Assembly: GCF_964204645.1 (NCBI RefSeq)
Contig: NC_134025.1
Location: 26,144,299 to 26,208,298 of the forward strand
DNA from: Tubulanus polymorphus
Taxonomy: Eukaryota > Animalia > Nemertea
Length of the DNA: 64,000 nucleotides
Direction of reading: 5' to 3'
How positions within the stretch are numbered: position 1 is the stretch's first letter; the number at the start of each line of letters is the position of its first letter. The position numbers and the translations under genes were made by a program. Shown here piece after piece: positions 13,860-29,200 of this stretch. Under the pieces are notes generated by a model. That model was not told the origin of the DNA and did no database searches. It saw only the letters and a program-made list of their open reading frames with translations.

Positions 13860-14973
13860 TATCTTCAGACATATATGATATAAAGCATTTGCACAAGTTA
13901 TATAAAGATTATCATCATCTGTCTTAACTACAGACACTAATTTACATCATCAGAGGATGCATTTTTATACATTACAATGTTTAAGCTGTGCTTGCCCTTC
14001 AGTTCATGCATACAAATGCTTCTCGACAATGGTGTTAGAACAACTATTAAATGCATCATTTCATTTAGCTCCTTATATGTACTCCAATGCTCCTCAAAAG
14101 AACGTTTTGACTAACAAAACTTCAAGATGTTGTCTTTTCAATTACAGACGGAAAATACACTAAATTATATTTACATATATAATGAACAGGGCTGTACAAA
14201 CACATCCTCTGAAAATCACTACATATTTCAATCCACGTTTTCCTCCTTCTAATGTCGCCGTTTATTTATTTCTATTTACAGCAGTGTGGAAAATATCAAC
14301 ACTAAAGGTATCATTTCTAATTCAAAAATTTAATCAATCTTCGAAATTCCAGATTAATACATCAATTTGATTCGACGCGTGCGCATTTTCCAAAAAACAC
14401 GTCTTTTTTTTCGAAGGAAAAATCTAGAAAAATAAATAAAGGTTGTACCAGCAGTCTTTAAAAACGTGTTGTAAATTTACGTTTAACAAACATTCGATGT
14501 GTGACTAAGCCACTACAGTCAACTTCATATTCAATCACAACATAAGGTAATCATCATCATCATATCATGATACAGTAATATCAAACAGAATCAACCCTTT
14601 TTCTTTTCTTCACAGCGAAACCATAAATGCAAAGAAACACGTCAATGTTCCGTCATTTGAATGGTTCACTCAATTCACAAAGGAGTTAAGTAAAAAAGGG
14701 AATATAGCACCTCCGATGTTTTGAAGTCCGATTATCGGCTTCGGAACAAAAATGCTGCATGCAACACATTATACTTCTCTATATAATAATAGTCATCACC
14801 ACAACGATTTATTACGCATGCAATAATATCAAACAGATTTTCATCAATTTTTTCACTTCACATTATTATTATTATTATTATTTATCATCAATATAACAAA
14901 ACTTCAGTGTGCTGTCACAAATGAAACAATATTCACAATATGTATACAAACACCAGCCTTATCACACTATTCA

Positions 14974-17249
14974 CTACACGACAGGAGCCTCGTCCGACGA
15001 GATTTCGTACAAACAGTCCGACAGAATTTGAGCAACGTGCTGATCTAGAATTTGGGACATGACTAGTGATAACAGACGACTTTGACAAGGTATGAATATC
15101 GTCCGATTTTCGGGAACGCGAGCGATGTGCAATAACGTCATCGCCGCCCGACGCAACATGTCCAAACTCGTACCCATCATTTCCGGATTATCGCGCAGCA
15201 TGTTTATGCCGTGCGTGTTCGCGACTTGCATCGCGTTCTGTTCGGCCGTCTCGACGAAGTCCAACAGTAACGAAATGCTCGGGTGTTGAAGAGCGACCGC
15301 GCGCGCCGCGCTCGATTCACCGCTAGCGACTAAATGCGACAGTAACACAACGGCGAACTCGCGAAGCACTTGCTCTTTCTTGTAGGCGAGAATTTTGTTC
15401 AAGGAAGCGAACAGATCGACAATACGACGGAACGGTGGCGTCGCCAGTAGCAAGTCAACGTTCGCCTCTTTTATACAAAGACGACACAGAGCTTCGAGTA
15501 CGAGTCGCTGCGGTGAAAGGACGGATGACGGCGGTAGATTCGGAAACGGGTCTTGCGCGCACGACGACGGACAAACGGCCCAGTGTAATAATCCATCCAT
15601 GAGAGGCATGCAGATTTCTTCGGGAAACTGCGACAAGTTGAGCTGGGAACTTATATTCGTGAATATGACCATTGCGTTTTCTCGCAGCTCGATCAGATAA
15701 TCCCACCACCATTCGTCGACGTTGTAATTCGTGTCAACGTCGTCGACGTCGACTTCTTCGCGATCGAATCGTTGAACCGGACGAGATCTCACTGGATGAT
15801 GATGCTGCAGAAGTAACAACTGTCCCATAACGTACAAAAATCCGGGATGTTTCGACAATTCCAAGTCGTTGCCGGGAACGAACGATAAACTGCGGAAAAT
15901 GTTTGAAATGCACACGCACCGTTTACCGATTTCGTCTTGGGCGTCGGCGATAAGATTGAACGAACAGTCGTCGCGTTGATAAGATTCTTCTTCTAAGTCT
16001 TGACGTTTTCGTTTACGACTCGTGCCGCCGGTCGACAGTATCGACGTATCGCTGCACAGGCTGTCGTTCAAACGAGTTGAATCTAAATCAGATAGGCAAC
16101 TAGTATTCGGGTTGTTTCGGCCGTTGATTTGACAGCTAGTGTCCATAGATTCAGTTTTCACAGTCGTTTCAGGCTCCGATTTGTTCGCGTCTTTTGAGGC
16201 GCCATTCTCACCGTTCATTTCTTGCGTCGACGTCGAGCTGCTCGATTCATTTTTCGTACTATCAATCGATGATTCAGTTTTAACGCTGCTCCTCGATTCG
16301 CTGCTATTGGAATTGGATGAAGGTTCTTCTACTTTCGCAGAAAGAGAAGTCGACGAGGAATCTTTCGTAGCGGGTGAACTGTCGTTTTTCTCTGATTCAG
16401 GTGTACAAGCCTGCGACTTGGAATTAACGCATTCGGGCTCGGCCTTGATTGTGACATTTGAGGTATTTTCATTGTTCCGACTGGAATTATTCATAGTATC
16501 AACTTTTTCACATTTACAGCTATTTACACTTGAGGTACTACTATGGTCACAGTTCAAACTACCAACACGGGAATTCAATTCCTCCCTGTTTTCAGTGACA
16601 GCATTATCATTCGCACTTTTAAGCAGCAGCTTAGCCGCCGCTCGAGTGTCCAGCACTTCACTGATTTCCTCACCGAAGAACAGTTTACGATTGAGAGCAT
16701 TCGTTTGCTTACTTTCCATATGAGCAACAACGTGTTGAGATATATCTCCGAGTCCAATTTCCCATTTATCGGTGCCACTTTCAAACCCATCATACACATC
16801 CCATATTTTATCATCTAGTATCACATCCTCATTGCTGGAAGTTTCTTCAATTTTTACAGGTTTTCCAGTACGAGTTGTGAGCGTATAGTTCTTTTCGGCA
16901 GTAACAAATTTCGGGCGTACGAACACTTCGTGAGTTTTACGAATACTAGCACCTGGATTGCCCTTCTCACTTTCATCCGATTGTTCTTTCAGTTGGGCTC
17001 TCTTCTCTTCCGCGTCGATAATATTGCTATATCCAATTTCTAGATCTTCGAATATTCCGAAAATATCGATCAAGCACCGCCGAAAATGTTCGAGCAATAT
17101 TTCGACTAGGCCGGGTAAATGTTTCAAGTTGAAATGTATAACTGCGGTGTCATCATGCAGTAATACATTTAGAACATCTAAAGCCCATGTGCTTTCAGCT
17201 AGTAATCCCGATTTCAAACTCAGCATTATTCGCCAACCCTCAACCGGTC
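14974..17249 (-). CDS. ARID1: ARID1 last exon, BAF250_C armadillo-like domain with a Ser-rich insertion
   Basis: 766-aa ORF; acceptor at 17250-17251; conserved ARID1 C-terminal motifs. Confidence 0.95.
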
Positions 17250-20200
17250 CTAAAAATGACAATAAGTCAATCAAGCTTCAAAACAAGTTGAGAGTTGATT
17301 GAAAATTGAATGAGATGAATTATTTACCGATGTCCTTCGCTGTAAGTTTCTTTCTTTTTGCTAGCCACGGCTGAGTTGATTCAACACAGTCTGAAGGGAA
17401 TGATATCTCTCGTTTCTGCTGTGGATACTGGGCATTCGACATCGACGGATGCTAGAATGAAAACGAAATAAACATACAGTAAAAACTTACACCGAAGCAC
17501 TTAAGAAACTATAGATATCACGGGTATACTTACAGGCATTTTGCCAGGTGAACTATACTGCGGTTTATCCTTGTGAGGAGACATGCGCTGATTTCGAACA
17601 TAGCCAGCCATATGTGGAGGCATGTTTGGTGCAGGATATGGCTGTTGATTGGGATATCGCGGAGCCAGTGAAGGCTGCCATTGAGATGGGTCTCTTGGTC
17701 GATTATCTGAAAAATTCAAAGTGACTTGAAATCAATTTTCTATGGACAAGATACTATTGTAAACCGAATAGGGAAGGGAACAAATTTTAATTATTGGAAG
17801 AAAATGGCTCATGAAATAGCCTGTATTATATATTCAAGTGGCGTGAAGTATCAATGATCTTAAGCGAATAAAGACTATATGTGCTAGTATGACAAACACA
17901 AATACAGATAAATCTGAATTGATAAAATATTGATAGTTCAACTGCATCTGGAAGGAAACTTCTAACATGCAGGTATTTATGACATCAATGCTAACATTGA
18001 TAGATACTGGAGGAAGTTTGTTCCAAATATTTTGCTTCACCTCGTGTAGACAAGTGTCCAATTGAAAATGAACATTTGTTTTTGGGAGGATCCACATATG
18101 GTAGACGAAAAGGTAAATGTAATAGAAGAAAACAAAGTAAATCGGACCAAATATATCTAGCATGCAGACGCATATAATAATTTGAAGACAGCGCTTAATT
18201 AATAAAACATGATATATGAGATGACTCTCAAAGAAACAATTATATAGACTAAATATATTCATATATACGGTACACATAATATGATAATATATAGATAGGA
18301 TGTTTACCGGCCATTGATATTGAGTCATTAGACATCATGCCCTGTCGAGGAGAAGAGTATGGGTATGGAACTGCGCGTTCTCCCATCTGCTTCTCCCCAT
18401 ACGCTGTAATAAGACACAGTGGAGAAACCGTGCTTAGAACATTATACAATACACATTTCGCATGTAATTTGAAAAATATCCGCCAATGAAGTTAGTCATG
18501 TGTTCATTTAACATTCTTTATACTTACGAGGAGGCAGATTGTATCCATCTTTCTGATCAGGGAAGCGCTTCTGTCCAGGACTGCCATACATATCAGGCCT
18601 CTGGGGGCGATACATCGGTTGAGGAGGGACTTGTTGATTCATCACACCATGCTGCTGATAGCCGGGATAGTTATTCGCATACATTGGACCAGGCCCCTGA
18701 TTCGGCGGAGGTCCCTGCGGCGGAGGATATTGGCCGGGCATCATTTGTTGTTGGTCAGGAACGGGCGGCCGAGGCACCATTGATGGCGATGGATACCGTG
18801 GATAGCTGCTCGGATCTGAAACTACAGGTGGTGGTGCCGGAGAAGACTGATTTGGAGGCATACTAGTAGGCGCCATTGATGCTTTAATCGGAGTAGATGT
18901 TGGTGTAGGTACAGGCATCGTTGAAACTGCAGTCTGCGGAGGCCCAACACTCGTAGGAGGCATTTGCTGATTACTAGCCTGATTGGGTGGCGTTTCAACT
19001 CTGAAAGATAAATACAACGTAATTACATTTCAGTTATTTCTTTCTCCGATACTGAAGAAGTCCAATCGTCTTCGACAACTATCATATTCTACCTACCGTT
19101 GTTGACTGTCGAAGTGTGGACGATAAGGCGGCATGGGACCGGAGTTCGGGGTCGGCATTCGATTAGAATACTGACCAGGAGCCTGATTGGTCATTGGAGA
19201 CGACGATTCAGATGAAATGTTTGCCGGCGGTGGTGGCCCTTGATTCTGTTGAACAGGCGGTCGTTGAAATGATGAATCTCCGCTCGGTTGTTGACTAGGA
19301 ATTCGATTTTGTCCGTCCGGTCCGTACGAATTCATCTGTTGTTGCTGTTGTTGTTGTTGTTGTTGTTGAGCTGCGTATGGCGGAGCTGATGAAGTAGGTG
19401 GCATACCCGGTCTTTGATTGTACATGCCGTAAGAATTGGGCATGTTCGGCTGCATGGCTGAATATGGTGGCATCTGATTAGCCATGTTTGGTCGCGGGTA
19501 ATTGTTCGCATCATCGGCGAATGGATCTTGAACGCTAATGCTGTCATTATTGTTCGGCATGTTTGGTGGAGGAGCTCCGTGCATCATTTGATTGTGAGGC
19601 GGCATATTAGCGCCGTAGTGGTTACCCGGCGGTCCCATCTGAGGAGCCATGTGCGGAGGCATCCCGCTCATATCATGATTTTGCATTGGCGGCCGTTGTC
19701 CGTACGGATCCATCATATGGGGTGGACCGTGTGGGGCGCTGGGCGGTCTAAATGCATCTTGCGATCCTTGAGAGCCAGCTGAAAAATAGCGAAAATCACA
19801 AATAATGAAAAACTAATTTTTTTGTGGAACATTTCAGCAAAAGGGCATGACTTATGCTTTTTAGCTGACCTGGTGATGGAACTCTCGACTTTTTGTCTTT
19901 TTTCGATAAAAAACTTTCCATCTGTAGAAGGAGAGGAGCGGGATCGGCTCCACAACGATCGTAACGACATTCAAACGCGAACAAATGTTTCACATAGTTT
20001 TTACGGCACGTATAAGCAGCACTGGCAGAACCGCTCACATTGATCTCCGAACAGATTTCTTTCCATTTCTTCGTTTTTGTCACCTAAACACAAACATTTC
20101 ATTCATGAATACTTTTCTACCAATTTCGAGATTTTGAAACTTTGAATGGATTAAACATTTTTTCATATCTCACCTCTAATAAGCCTCCGCGTATACGCAC

Positions 20201-23200
20201 AGAGTGATACAACTTGTAGAGATCGACTTGTGTTTTACTAATCATTGGAATACTATTCAAAACGATGCCCTTCTCTTCCAGTAGAGCGAAGTATCGATCG
20301 AGGAACATTCGGCGATCCGGTTCATCTCCCAGTTCGTACAGACGCGATATATCATTAGGACCAGTTTTCTGTAAAAGGTTTACGCAAAAAATTGTTTTTA
20401 CAAATTGCCATCTATAATCAAAGGTTAAAAACATGCAGAAAATGAAATTCATTACGAATACTACATCATTCTCTTGACTCGATTATACCATGGTGGTATT
20501 TTTACTGAATCTGCTTTTTTCAAAATATTTTTTCAGAGAAATATAGCCCCACGACAGAAGTAAGGCCAACTCAGAACGACAGAATTACATAATCTATTAT
20601 ATTTTACAACACGAACAACTGGATCGGGATATCAAATTTCGAGGTAACATGTGCACCATATAGAAATAGTGAATAGACACCCTCATGCACTTGTGTAATA
20701 CAATGAACTCCAAAAAAACAATAGCTAATTTTACGGAACCAAAAAGGTTCGGATTAAACTCCAGAACATGCATCCCAGCCAATATGAAGAAAGATTTTAA
20801 AGAACTGCTATCAATGCTCCTTTTAACTTATAATTGGAAGAATTTCTGTAAACCGTGACCAAAGTCAATGCTCAAAATGTTTGAATTAAATTTTTAGTAT
20901 CATTTAGAATTTGTTAGTAATTTTGTTTCTGTGTTAAATTTTGAATAACGACAACATCATTGCAACAAATCATCAACTTTCATAGATTTTGCCAAATGTT
21001 ATGAAAATCCAGCGCAGACACCTATCTATATATTCAAGCCACCATAAACTGCTTTGTTGCAATGATGTCGTACTGGTTTACAGAATAAACAAGAATATAG
21101 CAAACCTTTTCCTTTACGGGTCCCATACTGTTTCCGTGCATTTTCAACATTGGGTCACTCACCGGAGTCCCGGGCCAGCTGGGACTACTTATATTTTCTG
21201 TTTCGTCATGGAATGATGATAAACTTGCAGATGGTGATGGAGCTATTGGAGTAGGCGGATGAGACATATTCTCCTGAAAAAATAAACCAATTGTTCGTAT
21301 GAATTTCTGTAAAAACAAACCATCATTTTTAGTGATATCATTACGTATAAACAGGACAAAATCAGGGAAGAAAACAATCAACGATGAAATTACCTTGATT
21401 GATTTGGCATTATTGATCATACGATCTTGACTGTCTTCGCTAGCAATGCTACAAGTTGGAGTCGAATTTTCGCGGACTTGTTCATTGGCGTTAGAGATCA
21501 TATCCATATTGCTAGGCATTGATGAATTCATAGCATTATTACCCGCATTGCCTGAAAAAGGTATACATGATTCTTTATTAGATGTTTCCAATTATACTCA
21601 TGTTACTGAAGGATTAGCTAAAATGCCAACGTGCAGATCGTATATAACTTATGTTGCCTTGAGCAGTGTTTACCCGCGTTCACATTACTAAACAATTGAT
21701 CTGCATCCTGAAGTTAGTATTCAAGCCACAAATCATCGCGTAAAGTGTAAACCGATTTATCTTTGAGTAGATGATAATCAAAGCTAATCATTATCGGACT
21801 ATGTTTAGCTAGCTATAAACGATGTTTCATTGACCTAATCAGAGGATAATAGAATGCCTTATCACGCGGTTAATTGACTCATAGATAAATAATTAATAGC
21901 TTAGGTTTTCAAATAGGAATAGCAAATATCGTCTATCATCACAATAGTGTAATAGCGCCGGACTAGTAAATTACTCAGCTGATTATATCAGTCAGACTAA
22001 AGGAAAATTACATATTTGATCATTCAGAAGTGAATTCTTACCTGGCATGGAATTAGGAGCCATAGATTCAGGCTGTTGCGAGTTTATCGTTGGACCCATA
22101 CTCATTTCACCGGTCGAATTATTCCTAGCAGCAGCTGCGGGAACGTTGTTAGCATCCATCGGTTGACTGTTCGGAGCACTGTTACTGTTCGGGGTACTAC
22201 ACATGGGAGGCCCGCTGCCCGAACTAGGCGCCGGAGAAACACTTGCCGAAGGAGGCATACTATTATGTAAAGCATTAGGTGTTGGCATTTTGTGCCCCAT
22301 TGAGTCCACGTTATTCATCATACCGGGCATCATTTGATTGTGTTGAGCCATCGGAGGGCCGTTACCACCCATCGGATTTGATTGACTACTATTCGGCATT
22401 TGATTTGAATTCGGCATCATTGAGTTCATCGCGTTCATCGGATTCGGCGCGTACATTCGCGGCCCGGATTGAGGAGGAGGCTGCGGAGGAGCGCCCGATG
22501 ACGGCTGATTCATCTGCGGTCTCATGAACGGCGACGAACCACGACCTCCCGCTGAATTCGCGGCAGCCATTAAAGCGGCGTGGGCAGCCGCTTGCGCTCC
22601 TGTTTTTCCTGACGGCGACATATTCTGGTTGTTCATTGATGGCGGAGTGTTCATAGAATTCATCATAGCTTGATTCGGCATGCTATTAGGGGGCATGTTT
22701 TGATTAGGTCCGTACGCGTTATTATAATTGCCGTACTGATTTGGAGGCATGTTGCCTTGACCGTTGTTATATCCACTGTACGCCGGATTCGGCGGGATGT
22801 TACGATTCGGCATGCCTCCATACATGTGATTAGGTCCCATCTGATTTGCATTGTTGAATGGTTGCTGGGTCATGTATCCCGGCATTCCTTGTTGCGGGGT
22901 TGGACCGCGAGGACCATAATTTCCTGAAATATACGACAAAATCATTAATTTTGCAATTCTTTTCGACAAATAAACTTCACTTTAAAATATGTCTCAACGA
23001 CTCATTTAGGTATGAAGGTTTTACCTCCCTGGAAAAGAAAAAGAAACTCGGAAGAAAATATACCTTGAGGATATTGAGAGTTATATTGTGGCATTTGTTG
23101 GCCTGGCATCATTCCGGGGTGACCCATCTTACTGGGATAACCGGCCATTTGATTCGGCCCCATCGGAGGGGGCATCATCTGTTGATTGTATCCTAGAATA

Positions 23201-26200
23201 AAATTGATTTTGTGCTTTAATTTTCATCGACAAAAAAGAGTAGACAAAAACAAATCAAATGTCAGGACAATTTACCTCCTTGTTGACTAGCCATTTGTTG
23301 TTGATTCATAGAATTCTGGCCTTCTACATGACTGGATGGAGGCCGAGGGGGCATGGGACTACCAGCTTGGTTTCCTAAAAAATCAGAAACCATTTCAAAA
23401 TTTTCAAATAGGTGCTCAGATGTTTTTAATCTAGAGGTGCGATAATAGAAGCTTTGAACGAAGTATTTTTACATATGATATGGATTAATGATCCATATGT
23501 AAAAGCAGACATATGCTATTAAATGTTTTCATCTAACAGTAGCCAAGTCATCAGTATTGATCTCAATATGAACTAATGCCCGGGGCATTTTAACCGACTG
23601 CTTTTCCTGTAGTATGTATTTGTAAACAGAAATTTCTCGAATGACAGGCGATAAGAAAATATTATCATCAAAAACCGAGCCGAATTTATGCTAGAAATCA
23701 TAAAACTTAGCACTTTACTTTTATTCGTAAAACGACATGATTGTTTTGTCAATCAGACACAAGATCAAAAACGCGAATGACGAAGACAAAGAGGGGAAAG
23801 TGATGACCACGCCCATTCGAGTGAACGAGGAACCAGTTTTATAACGGTAATAGGAGATCAAAACAATTTTCAAAAGTAGACCGATAAAAACAGTTAAGTT
23901 ACCGTTTAAGTGCACATATTACATAAAAAGGTTTGATCACACCGCACATACAATGACTATGGAACTTACCTGTAATAGATGCGGGCGTATTAGAACGAGA
24001 ACCTGTTGATCCAGCAGGTGAAGGAGGGGGTCGCAGGTGAGACGGATGTGGAGAATTTGGAGTTCCCGCTCGCGCCGAACTGTTTGAATCGGAGTTATTC
24101 ACGTCGTCGGAATTGTTCGTTAATTTCTGAAAAATAGAAAAAAAATAACGAATTATGAATTAATCAATGAAAATGATGCGAAAAATAAACTGTAAGAAAT
24201 ACTAACAAACTTACTACGCCATATTAAGAAACATTATTTTCTATTCAACTGTAAAATTTTTAGCTCCAGATATAAACATTAACAAGTATTTATAAATATT
24301 TTTGGATGCTATCGCGAATACGTCCCAACTACACACCAGATGGCAGCACCGGCTTACTTCATGACCCAATAATAGATTGTACATTGGCAAATCCTTGACA
24401 TGAACTGCACTCGCACACAGTGAATAGGATAAAGCATACAAGCTGTGACTCAGCCAATTGCATAGACTAGATCGAACAACGTTATATGCTTTACTACAGG
24501 GAGATCAGATCTCAACTCCCGTAAATATCCATCACCCCAAAAATAATAAAATCAACCGGGACCGTGTTCTAAAGTCTGTCCGACGAAAAAAAATTCTTCT
24601 ATCATTGATTAGTTAGCAGTTATGAAGAGTTTATTTCTCGATAAAATCTGCATTAACCCTTTCAAAGCGATGCGTGAAATTCAGCCACTCAAAAAAACTT
24701 CATCAAACTTCGAAACTTGTAGAACGGGTGTCAACACGGATACAGAAGTTGTACCAAACTGAATTTCATCGTGATTTCCATATCTAGGAGTGGCTGGTCA
24801 AGCGTTATCGCGAAGATTGGGAAATATTTTTTCAAAAATCATCGCTATCAATTTCGATGTATTTCAAGATGAAACGAGTCGAGTAACTGATTGAAAACTA
24901 TGAAATATCACGTGTACGAAGTAAATAAATGGTTTTAACGAAAAAGTGGGCGCACTTCGGGCATTTTTCAGCGTCGGTGTCTTCTTCGGAATAAACATGC
25001 TATACAAACTGTACTGAAGGGTAGGCTGTATTGAAATACGAAGCATGTTACTGAAAAATGTTGCCTTAATACCGATTTCAGGCACTGTGAATTCATGAAT
25101 TTTTACAGAAAAATGTCACCAAAGGTCTGTACGATCTATGGTACTATAGATGCTGACATGGGAGAGGGGCTTTTTTTAAATGTCAGTATTGTCATGAAAA
25201 ATTAATGCACATATATCTTCATCTCGTCGATATACGGACTACGTATATCGTACGCTTTATTCAGCCTGGTTCAATACTACAACGTCTACTTTCGACCGAA
25301 CAAACTTTTTTTTAATCCACTCAAACAGCTCACCAAATATCATGTGTAATTAAAAATCAATCATCATTTCTATCGATTGTAATTGAAAATGGATTAAACT
25401 CAGAGCGCGCGTTTACGAGCCGAATAATCGTCAGTCATATAGACCAATACATATCGTCTCAGTTACAAATCCGGCCGAAAGCTCTAAATTAATAAGTACG
25501 CCATCAACCGACGCGATAGGCTGTCAAAAGATGGGACGCCCAGTCATCAAAAAGGTTCAGAAACGCGGCATGGAAATTATATCCCGAGATAATGAAACGC
25601 ATGGCGTCTCGTATTAGTTCGCTGACGGTCGGGCGGCTCCAACTCTCTTTTACAGCCGAAGGGAGCCTAAATGCCAGGTGCAGTAACCATGGCAACGCAT
25701 TAGTCAACTATTCCTGTCAGCTCTTGTTTCCAGGATCGCGTAAACAACTAGCAGCAATATTCAGAGGGAGAGAGGGAGGAGAGAGCGCCGACGACAAGAG
25801 AAAGCGAAGTCGTCGCAATCGCATTCAGCAGACAGCGACGACTGATCCGTGAATTGTCATTGAAACCAGAACAGAGTATGACAGGTGGCTTTATGACAGA
25901 GTCGTCGGCTAAAAATAGACCGGAGGTACTTTTCTTCTAGGAATTATATAATTGATGGCTTATTGAATGACACGCCGGGAAAAAAAGAGCAGTGTGAAAT
26001 GACACCGACAGATAGCAGCAGGTTGAATAATAGAATCATTCAAAAAGCAATTCAAACTCGCGGAAGCCGGCAATTTATTCGCGAACATAAAAACCGATTG
26101 GAGAACGATTTATTAGCTATTTTCAGGCACATTCGAATTTTCTGGGAAGCATTTCTCGGATTGAAAATTTACATTAAATATTCCGCGTAGTATATTTCCA

Positions 26201-29200
26201 CAATCGAAGCCGTATCAATGAAAGTCTTATTTTCATTGAAACGCATGCACGACTGGCAAGAATTGATGGAGTTGATTTACAATTTACGATAAATAGTTGA
26301 CCAAATGATTGAAAGACTATTTGCAACTGTTTATTTAATCTTTTTTTTATGATGAGCAAAAGACTTTTAGTGTAATTTTAACATCATATTCTGACATCAG
26401 AGAGCAGAGACTTTACAATAATCTTTGAGAAGAGAAGAGTCCCCGAATCAGACAAAAGACACTTTTCAAAATTATTATCAATCAAGGGCACAAGACAAAA
26501 AAGTTCGGAAAGATATTTCCATTTCCAACATTGCTCCATCAGTTTCCGACTGCCCTCGACAACCAGGGATGGGGAACCGATTCAGAGATTGTCCTCGACT
26601 ACCAGCAGATTCAAGGACTGTCATTGACAATAAGGGATAACAGGACAATATCAGGCACTGTTCCGGACATCGGGAATTGCATAAAATTTTCAGGGACCAG
26701 GAAACAACAGGAAAATACACAAATACAAGAGATTTCATAACTCAAAACGAGATGATCGCTATCAATCCTTACAATTATGGAAGTTTCATAAAAACTGTCA
26801 TCAAGCATTCTCAAACTTATGACAACATATCAACATCCATATTCTAAGACATGGAAATGAAACAATTGACATAAGATCGATACGAAGCAGATCGAAACCA
26901 ATCAGCGACGCACGATTGTTACGCGTATAATCTACAAGGGTATCGTATGAATTTCGTATTCGCTCACATGAGCAGTCATAAATTCATTCGCCCCGATCGT
27001 CGATAAAACGATCCAATAGAAGAAAGTCGTCTTCGCGCCGCTGGGGGAATCGAAGTCGCCGAGCGTGAGAGCCGTTTTACTACGATGTTACGAGAGAGAG
27101 AGTACAGCTGACTGGCAATTATAATTGAGTTGCGATGTATGACGTGTGTGGATTTTCAGATTTGTATTCATGCCAAGAATTTCTGGGAAACATCGGAAAA
27201 ACACTAGCGGTCACGTGGTGTGAACTATTCGCAATAACTGCTGCCAGGAATCGGGGACGGCAATGAAGGGCTATTAATAGTGAAGATCTAGAGCACTTTA
27301 ATAACAACAATAACAGCTGAAGAAAGTGCAATCAGGCGAATCAGTGCCGACTATTCAAAGTCTCGGTGATAACTAACAGACCGGGGGAAACCCGACTCAG
27401 CCAGCTGAATAACCGCGGTTCTCGTAGTATTTCAAACAAATTCTCAGAATTAAACACCTCAGATTCCGAGGCAGGAATCCTTTTGTTACCTATATGATTT
27501 TTTTTTCTCAACTCTTTAGAACAGATGAGAAACTTGTACGGACCACCCGCGAGATACCGACTTCCGTTCGAACCACCCAGACCCATTAACAGAACAATAC
27601 TTGTTTTTTCCGACGGGGCCAACATCAACCCACAGAATCAGTCCGAACGTATCATCAAATTTCTCAGTTAAGATACAGGGAATAAAATTACTGAAATGTA
27701 TTTCAGTATCTTCGGATGGTTCCCGATTCCCATGCGATCGTTAGGATAAAGAAAAACCTTCTACTCTTTCCCGTACATACAATCCCACACCAGCCATTTT
27801 GCTACGCATAAAAAGCATATTCAGGTTAACAATTAAGACTACGTTGAAATGGTTTTATAGAACCCTCTATTATAATACAAATATATGTGGCTCCCTTTAA
27901 ATACATGCAGTATGTAAAGTGCCTGCTTCTACAATACATCGAAATGAGAACAAGCCTAAGCCTATGGTATTATTATCGACCAGACCAGAACACGCATTCA
28001 CAGAGGTCTCCCCATACTACCGCATTGTCTGTCGTGGAGAATGTACAAAGCAAACAGGCCATCTCCACATAGTAGTAGTGGTTGATTATATTAGTGCCAG
28101 GAAATAATTACCATAAAAACCAAAACAACACACAATATCAATATCTCAAACACTTTCACTGCTTGTGATTTTTAACCAGTAGATTGCGGTGAAAGAAGCC
28201 ACCTTGTGATAGAATAATGAATGCTTTTTAAACAAAAGACCGCGATACTCTTGTCAATAAAGGCCATTCAATCCATGTGTCATTCATACACTAACTATTG
28301 TGTATTCAGTTCAGCTGGGTGTCCACAACAATTATTCTGCTGGCAGTTGTTTCCAAGAAGTTAATTACATAAGCGGCTGCCAGGATTAAAAACCAGGTCT
28401 TAATTTGAATGGGAAAACCAGTTTCAATAACCTCCGTTATGCTATTAACAATAAATCCTATTCATATTCATTAATCAATTAGTATCTGTGAATATTGAAT
28501 GAGGCATTGTTTCACCTTTTCGTCATATTCTTCATATCTTTGAAAAATATTTTTCTTGTTGGCCGTAAAATATTTACTCAAAAATGTCCGATAAGAATTT
28601 GTTGGCGGGTTCTTCACTAGGTTCCACTCACCGGAGACAATTCAAATCTTCGCGCAAACCAATGAGCTTCTAACAGACTAAGTCTTTCAAGTCACGAATC
28701 ACCAATATTCTTTTACCCAGCATGGATCGCTTGCCGTTAAGTTGCGCCAGTTGGTTTTCTAGTCTGCGTACACACACCATGTGTGCGGGAGAGCTCAGCA
28801 AATTGAATGTTCGTCCATATGCAGAGCACATAACAAATAGGCAAGAGCCATTTACATATTCGCTCCCTACTGAATAAGCAATGAGCCTCGCCACCATTGT
28901 GCTGTTTATCACATGCACACACAGTGCGTCATTGCCTAGCCAGGGGTTTCCTTCGCTGAGCTTCACTGAACTAGAAAAGCAAGGGCTTATTGAAGGGGCA
29001 TGATCGAGGCAGGGGGAATGAATTCGCCCAATTTTCGACAACAAAACCCGCGCCCAATTCAACCGGTTTACAAAAGTTCCCATTTCACCCAGCTGTATAA
29101 TGGATTTATTTTCTAAGAGTGGATTTCGCATTTGCATAAAAGTAGCGCAAGCAGCGCCTGGTGTAAGCTAGCAATACAAAGACTAGCTGGTTCAATAGAA

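Noticed and set aside
15092-17302. Plus-strand ORFs (e.g. 16139-16723) over ARID1, and similar ones over the acidic gene and ASCC3
   Set aside because: Antisense shadows of low-complexity coding sequence with no independent features.
17834-18328. 164-aa hydrophobic ORF in ARID1 intron 15
   Set aside because: T-rich intronic sequence gives F/Y/I/L-rich pseudo-protein; no domain or splice support.
28670-29137. 155-aa ORF in ARID1 intron 4
   Set aside because: No recognisable domain or compatible splice sites; more likely GC-richer regulatory DNA.
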